Positions 9,901-20,049 of a DNA stretch of 64,000 bases are shown here, in pieces (the stretch's first letter is position 1; the number at the start of each line of letters is the position of its first letter). Made by a program: the position numbers and the translations under genes. This stretch comes from a virus (Duplodnaviria; Heunggongvirae; Uroviricota; Caudoviricetes), in IMG/VR virus record IMGVR_UViG_3300024348_000013, positions 46,677 to 110,676 of that record; one strand, given 5' to 3'. The notes beneath the pieces were generated by a model. The model was not told where the DNA came from and did no database searches. It saw only the letters and a list, made by a program, of their open reading frames with translations.

Positions 9901-12228
9901 CAAATAAGTTGAACCACTTACATACTCTATATTTAATTCATCTGTATTATTCAAAGATGAACTTAAATATGTTGAAACTAATTGATTTGATGTGGTAGAC
10001 CCACTTAATATTAAATTATCTAAAGATTCATAGTTAGTAGATTGCCCACTAACAAAATCAACATCAATATTGAAATTAGGTCCTTTTATAGTAGGACAAC
10101 TTAAATTATCTTGTTCGCTTAATACAACCGTTTCAATAAGAGGATTACTCATTAATTTAGTAATCCAAAATGTTGAATTAGATGTTACATTAGCAGGTAG
10201 TGGTGAATATAATTTTAATATAGTAGATTCTACCACATCACCATCTTTAACAATTTCATTTCCTAAATCATCAGTAGATTTTTTAGATAATGTCCAATCA
10301 TCCTTTTCCCAAGATGATATTATAATTTGCTCATCATTTCCAAAATTGGCAAGATGTGTTAAATACTTACTATCTCTTTCAGGTTCTATAAATTTAAGAT
10401 TTCCAATAAAAGCATCGTAAATAGATTTTCTAATAATATCTTCATCCAGTCTAATTGTAGGATACGATATATTTGTAATAATAGTATATTCGTTTCCAAC
10501 TAATTCTTCTTCGCCACCTCTATTAAATGGTTTAAATATTAATGTTACAGTACTATTACCATTCCATTGAGAAAATCTATCGGCTAATTGCCTTAGGTTT
10601 ATATTAAAAGCACCATTGGGTGGTAAATTTTTAAATAATCCAATTCTACTATTATCTTTTGCTAATAATTCTACATCAATAGAACTTACTGCAAATGAAT
10701 TATATTGTACTTCATAATCAATTTGTAAATCAGAAAACGAAGGTACATCTATTGAATCTGGATAAATAATCTGAGTTATTGATGGAAAATCATTTATTGC
10801 AATAAAGTTTACTAATACTTCAACTCTATCACCCGTTCCAAATAAATCACTAACAGGTACTAAGTATATTTTTTTAGTACCATATTCACTTGCAAAATCT
10901 TTATTGAAAAATAAACTAATGTACCCTTGATTTGCAGATACTCTTAATGGATTATCAGCGTTTACATATGCGTATACATAATCAGCATTTGTTGTACTAA
11001 ATGTAACATTTACGACTTTATCTACATCGGATTCTTTTATTTCCGCATCGTATTTAAAATTAGATACACTTATTTCTGGCTTAGCTACTTTAACATCTTT
11101 TTCTAAAATAGCAGCAACTACAATTCCACCCGATAATTCAGATGATTGTATTTTGAAAAACTGACCTACTTTATTCCAAGAAGAAAAATCAGTTGAATTT
11201 CTTTCTCCATTACCACGAGATGTGTAATATATAGAACTATATGTGTATCCTTCTGGTAATTCTCCCTTTACTTCTAAATTTACATAACTATTTTTTAATA
11301 GTTCAGAATTTATTACCTTATCATTGGTATTGGCATTTTTTAATAGTATAGTTGAACCATCTACTATATTTAAACTGTTATCAACTATTTCATATTTTAA
11401 AGATAATATATCTCCTAATTCTGATTGGAAGTTGGAAGCAAATGCTATTTCATACGCAATATTCGTTGGGGGAAGTAGGTCTATTGGATTACCATCACCA
11501 ACACTTATTGGTTTAAATTTAAAACGTAAATCAATAACACCACTTGTAGATGGTAAAGAACGTTCAGTACCAATTGTATATCCACCACCTATATTTAACT
11601 CATACTCTCTTACTAAAATATTTTCAGCGTATCTAATATCATTTCTAGTAGGTTCTACGCTAGTTTTGATTCTAGACGTATATTGAAAGTTATAATTCCA
11701 ATTATAATTGTTATTGTAACTAAATCCATTATTGTTGTTAAACCCATTGCCAAAATTACTATTATTAAAATATCCGTAATTATAATCGTTAGAATTATAT
11801 GTTGGGTAAAAATAATCTTGATAATTTACAGTAGGAGCTGGTTCGTTAAGTGGTTCTTTATATGTTTTTTCTACCGATACAACAAAGTAGTTAGTAGTTG
11901 TTTTACCATTAACGTTAGCTTTATATGTTCTACTACTTCCAAATTGTAATGCCGGTGAAAATATTACATCGCTTGATACACCTATTCCAACATTAACATC
12001 ATCTTGTAAAAATTCAGCAGCTTCATCTGATATTAAAGCTATTTTTAATCTATTATTATCAGAATCTAAGTACGATGGTGGTACGAATGTAGGATTTGGT
12101 GTTGTAGGTGGAACGTATGAACTACCACCTCCGCCGCCTCCGCCACCATCTATAAATGACGTATACTCACCATTACCATCGTATGGTCGGTTCATATTCA
12201 TTTCATCTCTATTATTTACTGATTGCAC
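6937..12228 (-). CDS. giant tail fibre / distal tail structural protein (1763 aa)
   Basis: 5.3 kb uninterrupted ORF with a poly-Gly tract near the N-terminus (GGGGGGGGSS) and Asn/Ser/Thr/Tyr-rich repeats typical of fibres. The track start is GTG; an alternative ATG gives MNMNRPYDG. Confidence 0.7.
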   Translation of the reverse strand: MQSVNNRDEMNMNRPYDGNGEYTSFIDGGGGGGGGSSYVPPTTPNPTFVPPSYLDSDNNRLKIALISDEAAEFLQDDVNVGIGVSSDVIFSPALQFGSSRTYKANVNGKTTTNYFVVSVEKTYKEPLNEPAPTVNYQDYFYPTYNSNDYNYGYFNNSNFGNGFNNNNGFSYNNNYNWNYNFQYTSRIKTSVEPTRNDIRYAENILVREYELNIGGGYTIGTERSLPSTSGVIDLRFKFKPISVGDGNPIDLLPPTNIAYEIAFASNFQSELGDILSLKYEIVDNSLNIVDGSTILLKNANTNDKVINSELLKNSYVNLEVKGELPEGYTYSSIYYTSRGNGERNSTDFSSWNKVGQFFKIQSSELSGGIVVAAILEKDVKVAKPEISVSNFKYDAEIKESDVDKVVNVTFSTTNADYVYAYVNADNPLRVSANQGYISLFFNKDFASEYGTKKIYLVPVSDLFGTGDRVEVLVNFIAINDFPSITQIIYPDSIDVPSFSDLQIDYEVQYNSFAVSSIDVELLAKDNSRIGLFKNLPPNGAFNINLRQLADRFSQWNGNSTVTLIFKPFNRGGEEELVGNEYTIITNISYPTIRLDEDIIRKSIYDAFIGNLKFIEPERDSKYLTHLANFGNDEQIIISSWEKDDWTLSKKSTDDLGNEIVKDGDVVESTILKLYSPLPANVTSNSTFWITKLMSNPLIETVVLSEQDNLSCPTIKGPNFNIDVDFVSGQSTNYESLDNLILSGSTTSNQLVSTYLSSSLNNTDELNIEYVSGSTYLWNNFVHFSSAKERVDNFAYKVQLIETYETAISASNASQAHSGSIASTQEAVRQELKKNQLVNAFDGFEKFLYTSSSLYTTNNSTSITWPYSGSVRLLSTDTGSVVPWYNNIIELAEVWDNNNPNFIKNNIPQYIVNDENNASYLLFFTMVGQHFDNIYYHTKSIEKSRGLGYKAKDGISDKLLFDVLKSFNWDAKNLAADEQLWEYTFGLDSNGNTKETNPAKQRTYEVWRRIVNNLPYLLKHKGTRRGVYALLSCYGIPASNLSILEFGGPEINNNETKSKLVMDNVTTALKMNSGSYLEMDWKITDKSRVPNTIEMFVKPAYAREYQLVSGSSWGVYLSGSTDSTYGQVKFTYSGSNTLINTISSSLLPIFNDKFFGISVSSGSNGLQLDIRQADKERTLFSNSVSSSNYTNWNNGSKIKVGEKYSGSLDEFRLWSEQLDTNVFNQHVSFPEMVNGNSISASTSDLYFRLDFEYPKNLAVTQSMINIDTNVYFQTGKTRNDYESGSLIPLYSLNSSPLLYVSASGFTPITSYPYQFEAIDRTIVMEVPDGGASRYSTNKIRFEDQYTFDGTKISGSVGVDLSVKQRATKKAFDQSPTDSNRVGLFFSPTKELNLDIAKSFGGLNIDDYIGDPSDDYKPNYSKLDSLRNYYFQRFDGRDIYAYINLIKLYEKSMFDDIKKMLPARVKATTGLLIEPHFLERSKVPHKKPSGEEYQQETSIHFADTTIFLAENQQYETIIDGNLSENLFGENNQYDGIIYTASIDKTFAESYQLYSLINPNDNLNQIAESFQNEVTIDAGLGEATILSEIDIYDTNTFVGQSDYENVGFGVYAENGHAIRTYFDTNGRRVKERIKVDLIKEQKQRDVVAYNIVINGKGDPRGGYHITSSIYYETKLNIQPYSGSKVINAGTGSIVEVTKVNGYLPTHYRNTSDLTRGLENSFFRGSKNTAATTLDGSSPIETFVSNPNTLRVNKTGRDSSEPILEVE

Positions 12229-12390
12229 GTGTGTCTTTTAGTTATAAATATTTTAATATTATTTTATTGGAAAGCTTGTAGCTGTGTATCGTTCCCACGA
12301 TTATCATCATTTCCACCATACCCATATCTATCTCTATCCCTATCAATAAATTCTCTACCACCTCCGCCGCCTCCGCCGCCTCCGCCGCCA
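12127..12390. repeat. pair of (GGN)n trinucleotide tracts (plus-strand CCTCCGCCG repeats) flanking a gene junction
   Basis: Tract 1 is 12127-12156 and tract 2 is 12358-12390. They encode poly-Gly at the N-terminus of the 1763-aa protein and the C-terminus of the 440-aa protein. Confidence 0.7.
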
Positions 12391-13586
12391 TATGATGGGG
12401 GAGCTGGTTCAACTGATTCAGTTGGAGGCATTTTAATAACAACAGGCTCAGCTGGTGTTATAGTAATTGGTGGTTCTGGAACCGGCAATGGCTTTATAAC
12501 ATCAACAGGTGGCTCTTCTCTAGGAGGTGGAGGTAGTATTGGTGTATCTTGTATTTTTTCAACATCATCAAATGTTGCACTAATATTTTGAGGATTATAT
12601 ACATTTCTCTTAATAGTAGTGGGTGTACCAAATGCTTCTAAGTTATTTTTAATTTCTTTTCTTATTTCAGTTATAGCAAACTCTTTTGGTAATGATTTTA
12701 CTGTAATATTTCTTCTCTTTAAAAATGAAGAATTTGCATCAATACATTCGAATAAAATTGTTTGAATTTCATTTGTTAATCTTTCAAAATCATATTGCTC
12801 ACAAGCTTCAAATCTAATACTTGAATTTTGTCCAAAATTAGATTCTTTTATATTATAGTTTTTATTATTAAGATAATATGTTACAGACGTTTTAAAATCT
12901 TCATATATCTTTTTTCTAAAATTATCAAATCTACTTAATCCAAAATCTTTTTTAAGTACACTAAAAAAATCATTTCCAAATTTAGAACTCAATGCTGTAT
13001 CTATTGATTCTAAAAATGTTCCTTCAAATGAATTTAATGAATCTAATATACTTTTTTTATAGTATTTAAAATCTCTTCTTAAATTACCTAAATTACTAAA
13101 TTCATTATTGGTTTTATTATTAATTGTAGCATTCTTTGTTTTTAAAGGTAATATACGAATCTCTTCTCTTGATGGGGAAATTTCATGTATCCAAACTTTT
13201 TCTAAATCATTTTCTGAACCTACTCTATATCTAACAAAGTTCATATTGATTTTAAGAATACCATTTGTAAATCCTAAATCATTAAGAAGTTTTTCTGCAT
13301 CAATTGCAAGTTCTTTTTGTCCACCTGCATTTGTTACATTATACATATAATTTTTAATATCACCCGTTTTGATATAAGCAACATTGTTACCTGTTTTATT
13401 TGGTAATAATAAATTATTTACATCATATATAGATACTTCCATTACATCGTATCTACATTCACCGAAATCAGCTTCCTCTATTTCATTTTTTGATACAATA
13501 AATAAATCATCCGCTTGAAGAAATTGTCCTTCATTAGTGGAGTTTGAATTTATACCATCAAAGTTTGTATATTTCTTTATAGCCAT
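12264..13586 (-). CDS. structural protein with Pro-rich and poly-Gly C-terminus
   Basis: The C-terminus reads PPPREEPPVDVIKPLPVPEPPITITPAEP...SYGGGGGGGGGGGREFIDRDRDRYGYGG. Confidence 0.6.
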   Translation of the reverse strand: MAIKKYTNFDGINSNSTNEGQFLQADDLFIVSKNEIEEADFGECRYDVMEVSIYDVNNLLLPNKTGNNVAYIKTGDIKNYMYNVTNAGGQKELAIDAEKLLNDLGFTNGILKINMNFVRYRVGSENDLEKVWIHEISPSREEIRILPLKTKNATINNKTNNEFSNLGNLRRDFKYYKKSILDSLNSFEGTFLESIDTALSSKFGNDFFSVLKKDFGLSRFDNFRKKIYEDFKTSVTYYLNNKNYNIKESNFGQNSSIRFEACEQYDFERLTNEIQTILFECIDANSSFLKRRNITVKSLPKEFAITEIRKEIKNNLEAFGTPTTIKRNVYNPQNISATFDDVEKIQDTPILPPPPREEPPVDVIKPLPVPEPPITITPAEPVVIKMPPTESVEPAPPSYGGGGGGGGGGGREFIDRDRDRYGYGGNDDNRGNDTQLQAFQ

Positions 13587-13588
13587 TA

Positions 13589-14740
13589 TTATTCGTTTTT
13601 CTCGTAATTATTTGGATGGTTTTTTACTAAATCCGCTGGATAAGATTTTTTATCGGTTTTTCCATCAGCCATAGTTACAACCACTTCAACATTACCGCCT
13701 TTATATCTAGCATCACCCGTAAACTTTTTCTTGTTTGGTTTTGAATCTAATCCACCAGTTTGTGATGTTGATATTATTAAATTAATATCTTTAGATTGTC
13801 CTGCTGCGATTGTAAAATCGGTTTCAGCTGCCGATAGCCAATTTATATTAGGAGGATTAGTTATTTTTATACTAACTTTTATATCTTTTTTATCATTATT
13901 AATAATATTGATAGCCTCACCATTAGCCCAACGTTTATCGGTATTATTTGCATTTATTTTACCAACTATCGCCGTATCGTTTTTAGCATTTTTAGTTTTA
14001 ATTTTAACTAATACATTTCCAGCTAATACATCTGCTCCACTTGCAATTGCTTGTGATTGTGTACCTTGCTGAATTGCCTGTTGTTGTTGAACTGCTCCCA
14101 ATTGAGATTGTAAACCTTCAATGATTGAGTTTAATGAATCAATTTGTTTAATTAGAGCCTCAATTTGTGCTTTAAACCCCTGATTTTGTGATTGTAAAGA
14201 TGCTCTTAAAATAGATTCTTCAACTGATTTTTGTACAGCTGATTGAATTTGGTTTGAGAAATCTTGTATAGTTCCAGTTAAAGTACTTATCTGATTACTC
14301 AATGCATCATTAACTTGCTCAACTGCAAGTTTATTATTTATTTCAGTTTGAACTTCTGCTTCTAATCCGGCAACTTCTGAGGTTAATGTTTCTACTTTTT
14401 TAGTTAAATCTTCTACTTGCTTTGTTAAATCTGCATTAGTTACAACTTGTTCATCGTATAATGACTTTGGAACTAATTCTTTATTTGGTACAGGTATAGA
14501 TGGTTTTAATTCTTTAACTTCAACATCAATTGCTTTTAATAACTCTACATTATCGATTTTTGTTTTGGTTAATGGCTTGAATACCAACGATGATGCTACG
14601 TTTTGTTCATCAATTATTGTAACCCCATATTCATTTTTTGAAACAGCCGCAGAACCTGATATCCTTAGAATCGATTCTAAATCTTCTTTACGTTTATCAG
14701 CTAACTTTTGTGCAATTGTTTCTAAAGGTGTTAATGCCAT
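13589..14740 (-). CDS. coiled-coil fibrous protein (whisker/fibritin-like)
   Basis: Long heptad-like Gln/Leu/Glu-rich central segment followed by a beta-rich C-terminal domain. Confidence 0.55.
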   Translation of the reverse strand: MALTPLETIAQKLADKRKEDLESILRISGSAAVSKNEYGVTIIDEQNVASSLVFKPLTKTKIDNVELLKAIDVEVKELKPSIPVPNKELVPKSLYDEQVVTNADLTKQVEDLTKKVETLTSEVAGLEAEVQTEINNKLAVEQVNDALSNQISTLTGTIQDFSNQIQSAVQKSVEESILRASLQSQNQGFKAQIEALIKQIDSLNSIIEGLQSQLGAVQQQQAIQQGTQSQAIASGADVLAGNVLVKIKTKNAKNDTAIVGKINANNTDKRWANGEAINIINNDKKDIKVSIKITNPPNINWLSAAETDFTIAAGQSKDINLIISTSQTGGLDSKPNKKKFTGDARYKGGNVEVVVTMADGKTDKKSYPADLVKNHPNNYEKNE

Positions 14741-15807
14741 TATTCTACTATTTCAAATATTAATTTATCATCAATTAGTGTTGTTATTCCACCTTCGACT
14801 ATTTTTAGTTTTATTTCATACATCCTATTAGCCGGTAATGTATTTAAGTTCATATTAAAATAATTAGAAGTACTATCACAACTAATTTTAGTATATGTTC
14901 CAAATGGATATATTACTTCGCCAGTAACATAATCTTCCAATTGATAATAAGTAGTAGTTGGTAAGTATTTATTTTGGTCTAATTCATATATTGTTCCAAA
15001 TGATTTTAATGGAAACATATCTCTACCCTTAACTCTTAATTTAATTAAACTATCTTTTTGGTAGTTTGTTTTTAAATTAGTAAATACTACTTTATAACCT
15101 TCTTCAGCTGAACCCGTTACAGGTGCTAAACTTCCTGTTGCTACTATTGAATCATTCCAAACTATTTCTAATTTAGGTTCGTATATTGTATTTGTTTCTT
15201 TTGAAAAGAATTTAAGTACACCATAATCATTTGAGTCAATTGATGCTGATGTGTGGTGATGTAATATAAACCCATTATTTGGTAAAGAACCACTAACCCA
15301 TAAATTTATAATACTCGTAACATCCATTCTCACATCATCTGGCTCATTACTAAATGATTGAGATGCCATAGATGCCGTATACCAAGTACCGCCACCCCCA
15401 TTTGAAATTGAACCCGTATCAGAACCACTTACATATGAATTTGGTATTGCAACGTAATCCATCCATTTATCAGTTCCATTTTTATAATACCAACTGACTC
15501 CATTTGATGTTATATTATCAAATTTTGTACCAGTTCCCATATTCCAACTTTGAGAAACCGCGTTTGCATATATTGTATATTCTAATGGAATTTCTTCTGA
15601 GTTTGCTGATTTAATATTTAAATAAGCTTTCCATCCACTACCTGTTTCTAAATTAGAAACATCGAACTTTATTAAACTTCTAGCTACATCGATAGTAGAC
15701 CCATAATAAAGTTTACCAACTTCTAATAGTTCATCTCTACCTGTATTTTGTTCAGGTTGTTGAAGATATATGCTCGCGTCAAATGATGATGTATAAAATT
15801 TATGCAT
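14740..15807 (-). CDS. baseplate/tail structural protein
   Basis: Start overlaps the stop of the preceding gene; Ser/Gly/Thr-rich; sits between the J-like baseplate gene and the fibrous proteins. Confidence 0.5.
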   Translation of the reverse strand: MHKFYTSSFDASIYLQQPEQNTGRDELLEVGKLYYGSTIDVARSLIKFDVSNLETGSGWKAYLNIKSANSEEIPLEYTIYANAVSQSWNMGTGTKFDNITSNGVSWYYKNGTDKWMDYVAIPNSYVSGSDTGSISNGGGGTWYTASMASQSFSNEPDDVRMDVTSIINLWVSGSLPNNGFILHHHTSASIDSNDYGVLKFFSKETNTIYEPKLEIVWNDSIVATGSLAPVTGSAEEGYKVVFTNLKTNYQKDSLIKLRVKGRDMFPLKSFGTIYELDQNKYLPTTTYYQLEDYVTGEVIYPFGTYTKISCDSTSNYFNMNLNTLPANRMYEIKLKIVEGGITTLIDDKLIFEIVE

Positions 15808-17825
15808 TATAAAGCCCTCCCTTTTATGTCTTTGTTAGGATATTTAACTTCGAAGATACAAGGGTCTAAGGAAGGGTAGACAATCTTTCCTTTGGTTGCT
15901 TGCTCTATATTATATTTGTTTGGAGAATAATTACCATCACCACCACATAGATTTGAAATCTTTACAGATGGTACACTCATTACTCCTTCTACGTTTGCAA
16001 GAATTAATTCCATTTCTGAAATATTTATTGGTTTATTAAATGTCCAATTATCTATATCAAAATAGTTTTGCATTTCTAATAAACATTTACTTAATACTTC
16101 CCTTTTGTTATAATTTGAATAACAAATTATTTCAAAATCAACTGCAATGTTTACAATGAATCCATCAATCATATTGACTGCATCAGTAATCATTCTATAT
16201 TCACCTAAATAAGTTTTAAGATTTTGTTTTACCGCTGGATTTAATTGAGTTAGCTTGTTATTACCATCGTATCCAAGCATATACATATTGATAGCAAATG
16301 GATTATTTACTTCAGATACATTTGATTTTTTCTGAGAAAGGTATTTAACTAATTCTTTTTGAATGTCTGCTTTTGATTTATCTTTCATACCATCTACTAA
16401 TCCAACAAATTCTGCTATATTATTAGGACTTGCTAAAATAGATGATGGGGAATTATTATCAATTTCACCGTCAGGAGAAACATATACCTTTGCAACACTA
16501 CCATATCTTGCTGGCATACTTAATGCTCTTACAATATAATCCTGTCTTGTTACTGCTCTGTTTTGAGAACCAAATGTTGATAATGCATTCTGTCTTATTT
16601 CTTCAATTGATTCCGCGCCTCTACCACCTACTGCAGATTCTAAGTTTTCAACTGCTATTGATTTTTTCATTGTTTCATACAACGTTTCATCTAATACAGA
16701 TAATAAATCTTCTTCAAATTCTATTCTATTGATTGTAGTTAAATCTCCCATATTTACATTCGACGTAATTCCACCGCCTGTTAAATACTTTACAATTAAT
16801 GTACTACCGGCTGCTGGAGCTATTCCAAATGTATTTGTTTTTAAAAAGTTAGATGGGTCAATACCCTGATTTAATCTTTGTACCGAATTGGCTAAACCAA
16901 GTCCTACATTTTTGGTGTTTGGCAAAATAGTTTCATCCGGCATAGTAACATCTCCATTTCCAAATTGTAAATTCATTGTATTATCTGAATTTACTTTTAC
17001 CGAAAATCTTCTTGGTACTTTTTGTACTTCTAAGATATATGGTACATCATTTGAATATGAATTTAAATCACTATTAGATTCTATGTTAGAATTTTCTACA
17101 AATATTGTTTCTTGTGCCAAATATGGAACTTCATAATATTTGTTATTTCCATCTGTTACCGATGTTATTTGTATTACATTTGTATCAGGCAATGTTATAT
17201 ATGGATAATCGCCTGTGGGAACTGATAAATTAATTTCCGATTCTCTGGCTGATATTGCTTTTACTTTTTTGGTTATTAAATAAAATGTAGGAGCTCCAGT
17301 AGTAGTATCTCTACTATGTACATCAATTTCTCTACTACCAGAATTTGCAAAATCAACTGCATCTATTGTTCTAAATGTAACACTACCATTTGTAGTAGAT
17401 GTTATTTCCATACCATCTTTTATTTTTAAATAATAACTATCATCTGGTTCGTATCCACTACCTCCACCTATATTTTTAGATGGTACTAATTGATAAACAG
17501 TCATGGTAGTAACCGCAGGAGCTGTTACCTTTGGTTTATATCCCATTGCTTGTGCCAATGCTACTACGTTTTTACGTTCAGTAGCATGTGATAACATTGA
17601 TTCTTTTAATTGGGTATCTTGATAAAATGAAAGTACATCTCCAATATATGATGCCATTTCAATAAACACCATACCAGGTGAAGCTTCATTAAAATCCGAA
17701 TATGTGTTTGGAAAATATGTTTTAGCATATTGGATTAGATTATCTCTTAAAGAATCAAAATCCTTACCAACATAATTTATATTCTTAGAATTTCCCCAAG
17801 ATTTTTTTATACTCTTTACTGCCAT
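15807..17825 (-). CDS. baseplate J-like wedge protein (T4 gp6 / P2 gpJ family)
   Basis: The N-terminal region FDSLRDNLIQYAKTYFPNTYSDFNEASPGMVFIEMASYIGDVLSFYQD matches the baseplate-J signature. The protein is 672 aa and lies next to a gp25-like gene. Confidence 0.65.
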   Translation of the reverse strand: MAVKSIKKSWGNSKNINYVGKDFDSLRDNLIQYAKTYFPNTYSDFNEASPGMVFIEMASYIGDVLSFYQDTQLKESMLSHATERKNVVALAQAMGYKPKVTAPAVTTMTVYQLVPSKNIGGGSGYEPDDSYYLKIKDGMEITSTTNGSVTFRTIDAVDFANSGSREIDVHSRDTTTGAPTFYLITKKVKAISARESEINLSVPTGDYPYITLPDTNVIQITSVTDGNNKYYEVPYLAQETIFVENSNIESNSDLNSYSNDVPYILEVQKVPRRFSVKVNSDNTMNLQFGNGDVTMPDETILPNTKNVGLGLANSVQRLNQGIDPSNFLKTNTFGIAPAAGSTLIVKYLTGGGITSNVNMGDLTTINRIEFEEDLLSVLDETLYETMKKSIAVENLESAVGGRGAESIEEIRQNALSTFGSQNRAVTRQDYIVRALSMPARYGSVAKVYVSPDGEIDNNSPSSILASPNNIAEFVGLVDGMKDKSKADIQKELVKYLSQKKSNVSEVNNPFAINMYMLGYDGNNKLTQLNPAVKQNLKTYLGEYRMITDAVNMIDGFIVNIAVDFEIICYSNYNKREVLSKCLLEMQNYFDIDNWTFNKPINISEMELILANVEGVMSVPSVKISNLCGGDGNYSPNKYNIEQATKGKIVYPSLDPCIFEVKYPNKDIKGRAL

Positions 17826-17827
17826 TA

Positions 17828-18265
17828 TTAGTTATTTACATTTATTGTTACCGATTCGGATAAATTTCTATTTGATTTTAATGAAAAATTAATTTCTACT
17901 CCGAATTTATTTGCATCTTTATATTCATCATTGTAATCTACAATGATTTCATTTATTTCTAAATAAGGTAACCAAATATTAACTGCTTCACTAATTACAC
18001 GTTCTACTTCGTAATCAATTTCACCATCTACAATTTGTTCAAAAAGTATTTTCCAAATATCACAACCAAATTCGGGTTGAGCTACTCTCTCTCCTTTTTT
18101 TGTTAAAATCAAATTAGTTAAGTTAGATTTTGCTTGTGTTAATGTTGTAAAATTTGTAGCAAATACACCACCTGCATTGGAAGTTTCGTTTATACCAATA
18201 CCCAATACTTTATAGTCATTTACTGCTAAATCCGTTACATTAACTTTACCTAACTCTATTGCCAT
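17828..18265 (-). CDS. baseplate wedge protein gp25/GpW-like
   Basis: GERVAQPEFGCDIWKILFE matches the GpW/gp25 core motif; 145 aa, the typical size. Confidence 0.7.
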   Translation of the reverse strand: MAIELGKVNVTDLAVNDYKVLGIGINETSNAGGVFATNFTTLTQAKSNLTNLILTKKGERVAQPEFGCDIWKILFEQIVDGEIDYEVERVISEAVNIWLPYLEINEIIVDYNDEYKDANKFGVEINFSLKSNRNLSESVTINVNN

Positions 18266-18762
18266 TATTTAAATCTCTTTACTAATTCTGAATAATCTCT
18301 TGTCAATGCTTTTATTGTAGCATCTTGTAAACCATCGCCGGTTGATTCAAAATTTGGAGTACCAGCTGGTACGTTTACATCTCTGTAATCTAATGTTTCC
18401 CACTCATCTGCATCTACTCTTAATTCCGGTTTAATCATATCCAATACACTACTTACTGATTGAGCTCCTTCTTTACGTTGTTCTGATGTAAATGGTTGAG
18501 TCATATTCAAAATCTCATTTATCATTGGGTCTTTTGTAAATTCTTTTTGTGTTCTTTGTGGTTGTTGTACAGTTTGTTGTCTTTTAACCGGCGTAGGGGT
18601 AACGTCTGTCATCTCTCTCAATGATGGAGTAGATGGTTTTTTTTGTGAGTTTAATGTAACCGCACCAGATTTAATTAATTTAATTAATTCTTCTTTAACT
18701 TGCGTTTTTACTTCATTCTTAACCACTTCCTTAATTAGTGATACTAAAATGTCTGATTTCAT
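18265..18762 (-). CDS. hypothetical baseplate-associated protein
   Basis: Translationally coupled (ATGA-style overlap) within the baseplate block. Confidence 0.45.
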   Translation of the reverse strand: MKSDILVSLIKEVVKNEVKTQVKEELIKLIKSGAVTLNSQKKPSTPSLREMTDVTPTPVKRQQTVQQPQRTQKEFTKDPMINEILNMTQPFTSEQRKEGAQSVSSVLDMIKPELRVDADEWETLDYRDVNVPAGTPNFESTGDGLQDATIKALTRDYSELVKRFK

Positions 18763-18816
18763 AAAATTATTGTTCTGTTTGTTAATAAATATTGAAAGAT
18801 AAAATTAATACAATGA

Positions 18817-20049
18817 CTATCCCATTATAGTATAGCCCGACCAATTTAATACCGCAGGAGCGGGTGGAGCAGGTGGTGGGTATTGTGACATTACTGCTAA
18901 TGTACCTCCGGCTCCCATCAAATGTAATTTAGCTACATTTACAAATGGATTAATTAACATATTTGTTCCAAAACTAAATACAATGGTTGGTGGAATAAAA
19001 TGTATATTTGGTATTTTTGGTATTTTATCTTTAATTAAATCATATGCCATAGCCAATAGTTCTTCTTTTGTTGGCGTTGCATCATCTATCATTTTTTGTA
19101 ATTCTTCTTTGGTAGGTATTGTTGGTATACTAATACCTGGTAGTTGTATATCCGGCACTACTCCATCTATTGTATCTTTTACAAATTTCTTTATTTCCTC
19201 TTTGGTTGGTTTTGGGTTTGGAATACTATTGGCCAATTCTACTGCCGTAGTAACTGCTGCTATTATGGGTGCCAATATCGTTGCTTCAATTGGTATTATT
19301 AATTGTTTTTTTAATTCTTCAACTGCTACTTCAATTAATTTATTTTTAGCTTTTTCAATTATATCTTTCTTTTTAGGTAGTTCTGGAAATGGAAATTTAA
19401 TAGATTTTTTTATTTGTGAGCCAATTGATGGTTTCTTCTTTTTAGCTTGTTTAACTTTTTGAATAATTGTTTTTCCAGCTTTAATTGCAGGATGTTGAGC
19501 TATCTTTATATCAACGGGTTCTTTTTTTAATATTTTTTGAACAGTTTCATAAACATTTACAGCTCCGATTGGTGGTATATCAATAGTTTGTTCTTTTAAT
19601 TTATCTTCAATTGCTTTTAAAGCCTCAACTTCAGCTTTATGGAGTGCTGCTGAAATTGCCATTGGGATTGGATTTGGTCCTATGTTCATAATAGTTCCGG
19701 GTGCAGGTGGAGTTGAAGGCCAGCCTCCTGGTTTTAATAGGGGGTTTGGTATTGGTGCCATTTCAGCTCCTAACCAATATGCATCAAATGCTGCTGGGTA
19801 TATTTCTGCTAAAAAATTGAAATTCTCATCTCCATTATCTTGTCCTTTTTTAAGTGCGGTTTTAATAGCATCTATCATACCTTGAACATTTCCATTCATA
19901 ACAGGTACACCATATAACATATCTCCACCTCTTTGTATACAACTATGATATTCATTTGCGTAGAATTCAGCAAATGCATCCATATCTTTTCCAAATTGAA
20001 AAGACACCATAGATTTTAAAACATTAACTTTAAATAGTGTCCAAGACAT
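18817..20049 (-). CDS. hypothetical structural protein (Pro/Lys/Ile-rich, 410 aa)
   Basis: Long ORF in the baseplate block with PxxP-rich segments. Confidence 0.5.
   Translation of the reverse strand: MSWTLFKVNVLKSMVSFQFGKDMDAFAEFYANEYHSCIQRGGDMLYGVPVMNGNVQGMIDAIKTALKKGQDNGDENFNFLAEIYPAAFDAYWLGAEMAPIPNPLLKPGGWPSTPPAPGTIMNIGPNPIPMAISAALHKAEVEALKAIEDKLKEQTIDIPPIGAVNVYETVQKILKKEPVDIKIAQHPAIKAGKTIIQKVKQAKKKKPSIGSQIKKSIKFPFPELPKKKDIIEKAKNKLIEVAVEELKKQLIIPIEATILAPIIAAVTTAVELANSIPNPKPTKEEIKKFVKDTIDGVVPDIQLPGISIPTIPTKEELQKMIDDATPTKEELLAMAYDLIKDKIPKIPNIHFIPPTIVFSFGTNMLINPFVNVAKLHLMGAGGTLAVMSQYPPPAPPAPAVLNWSGYTIMG

Noticed and set aside
12223-12591. Plus-strand ORF encoding a poly-Pro stretch
   Set aside because: It is the antisense reading of the (GGN)n poly-Gly tracts of the two real minus-strand structural genes.
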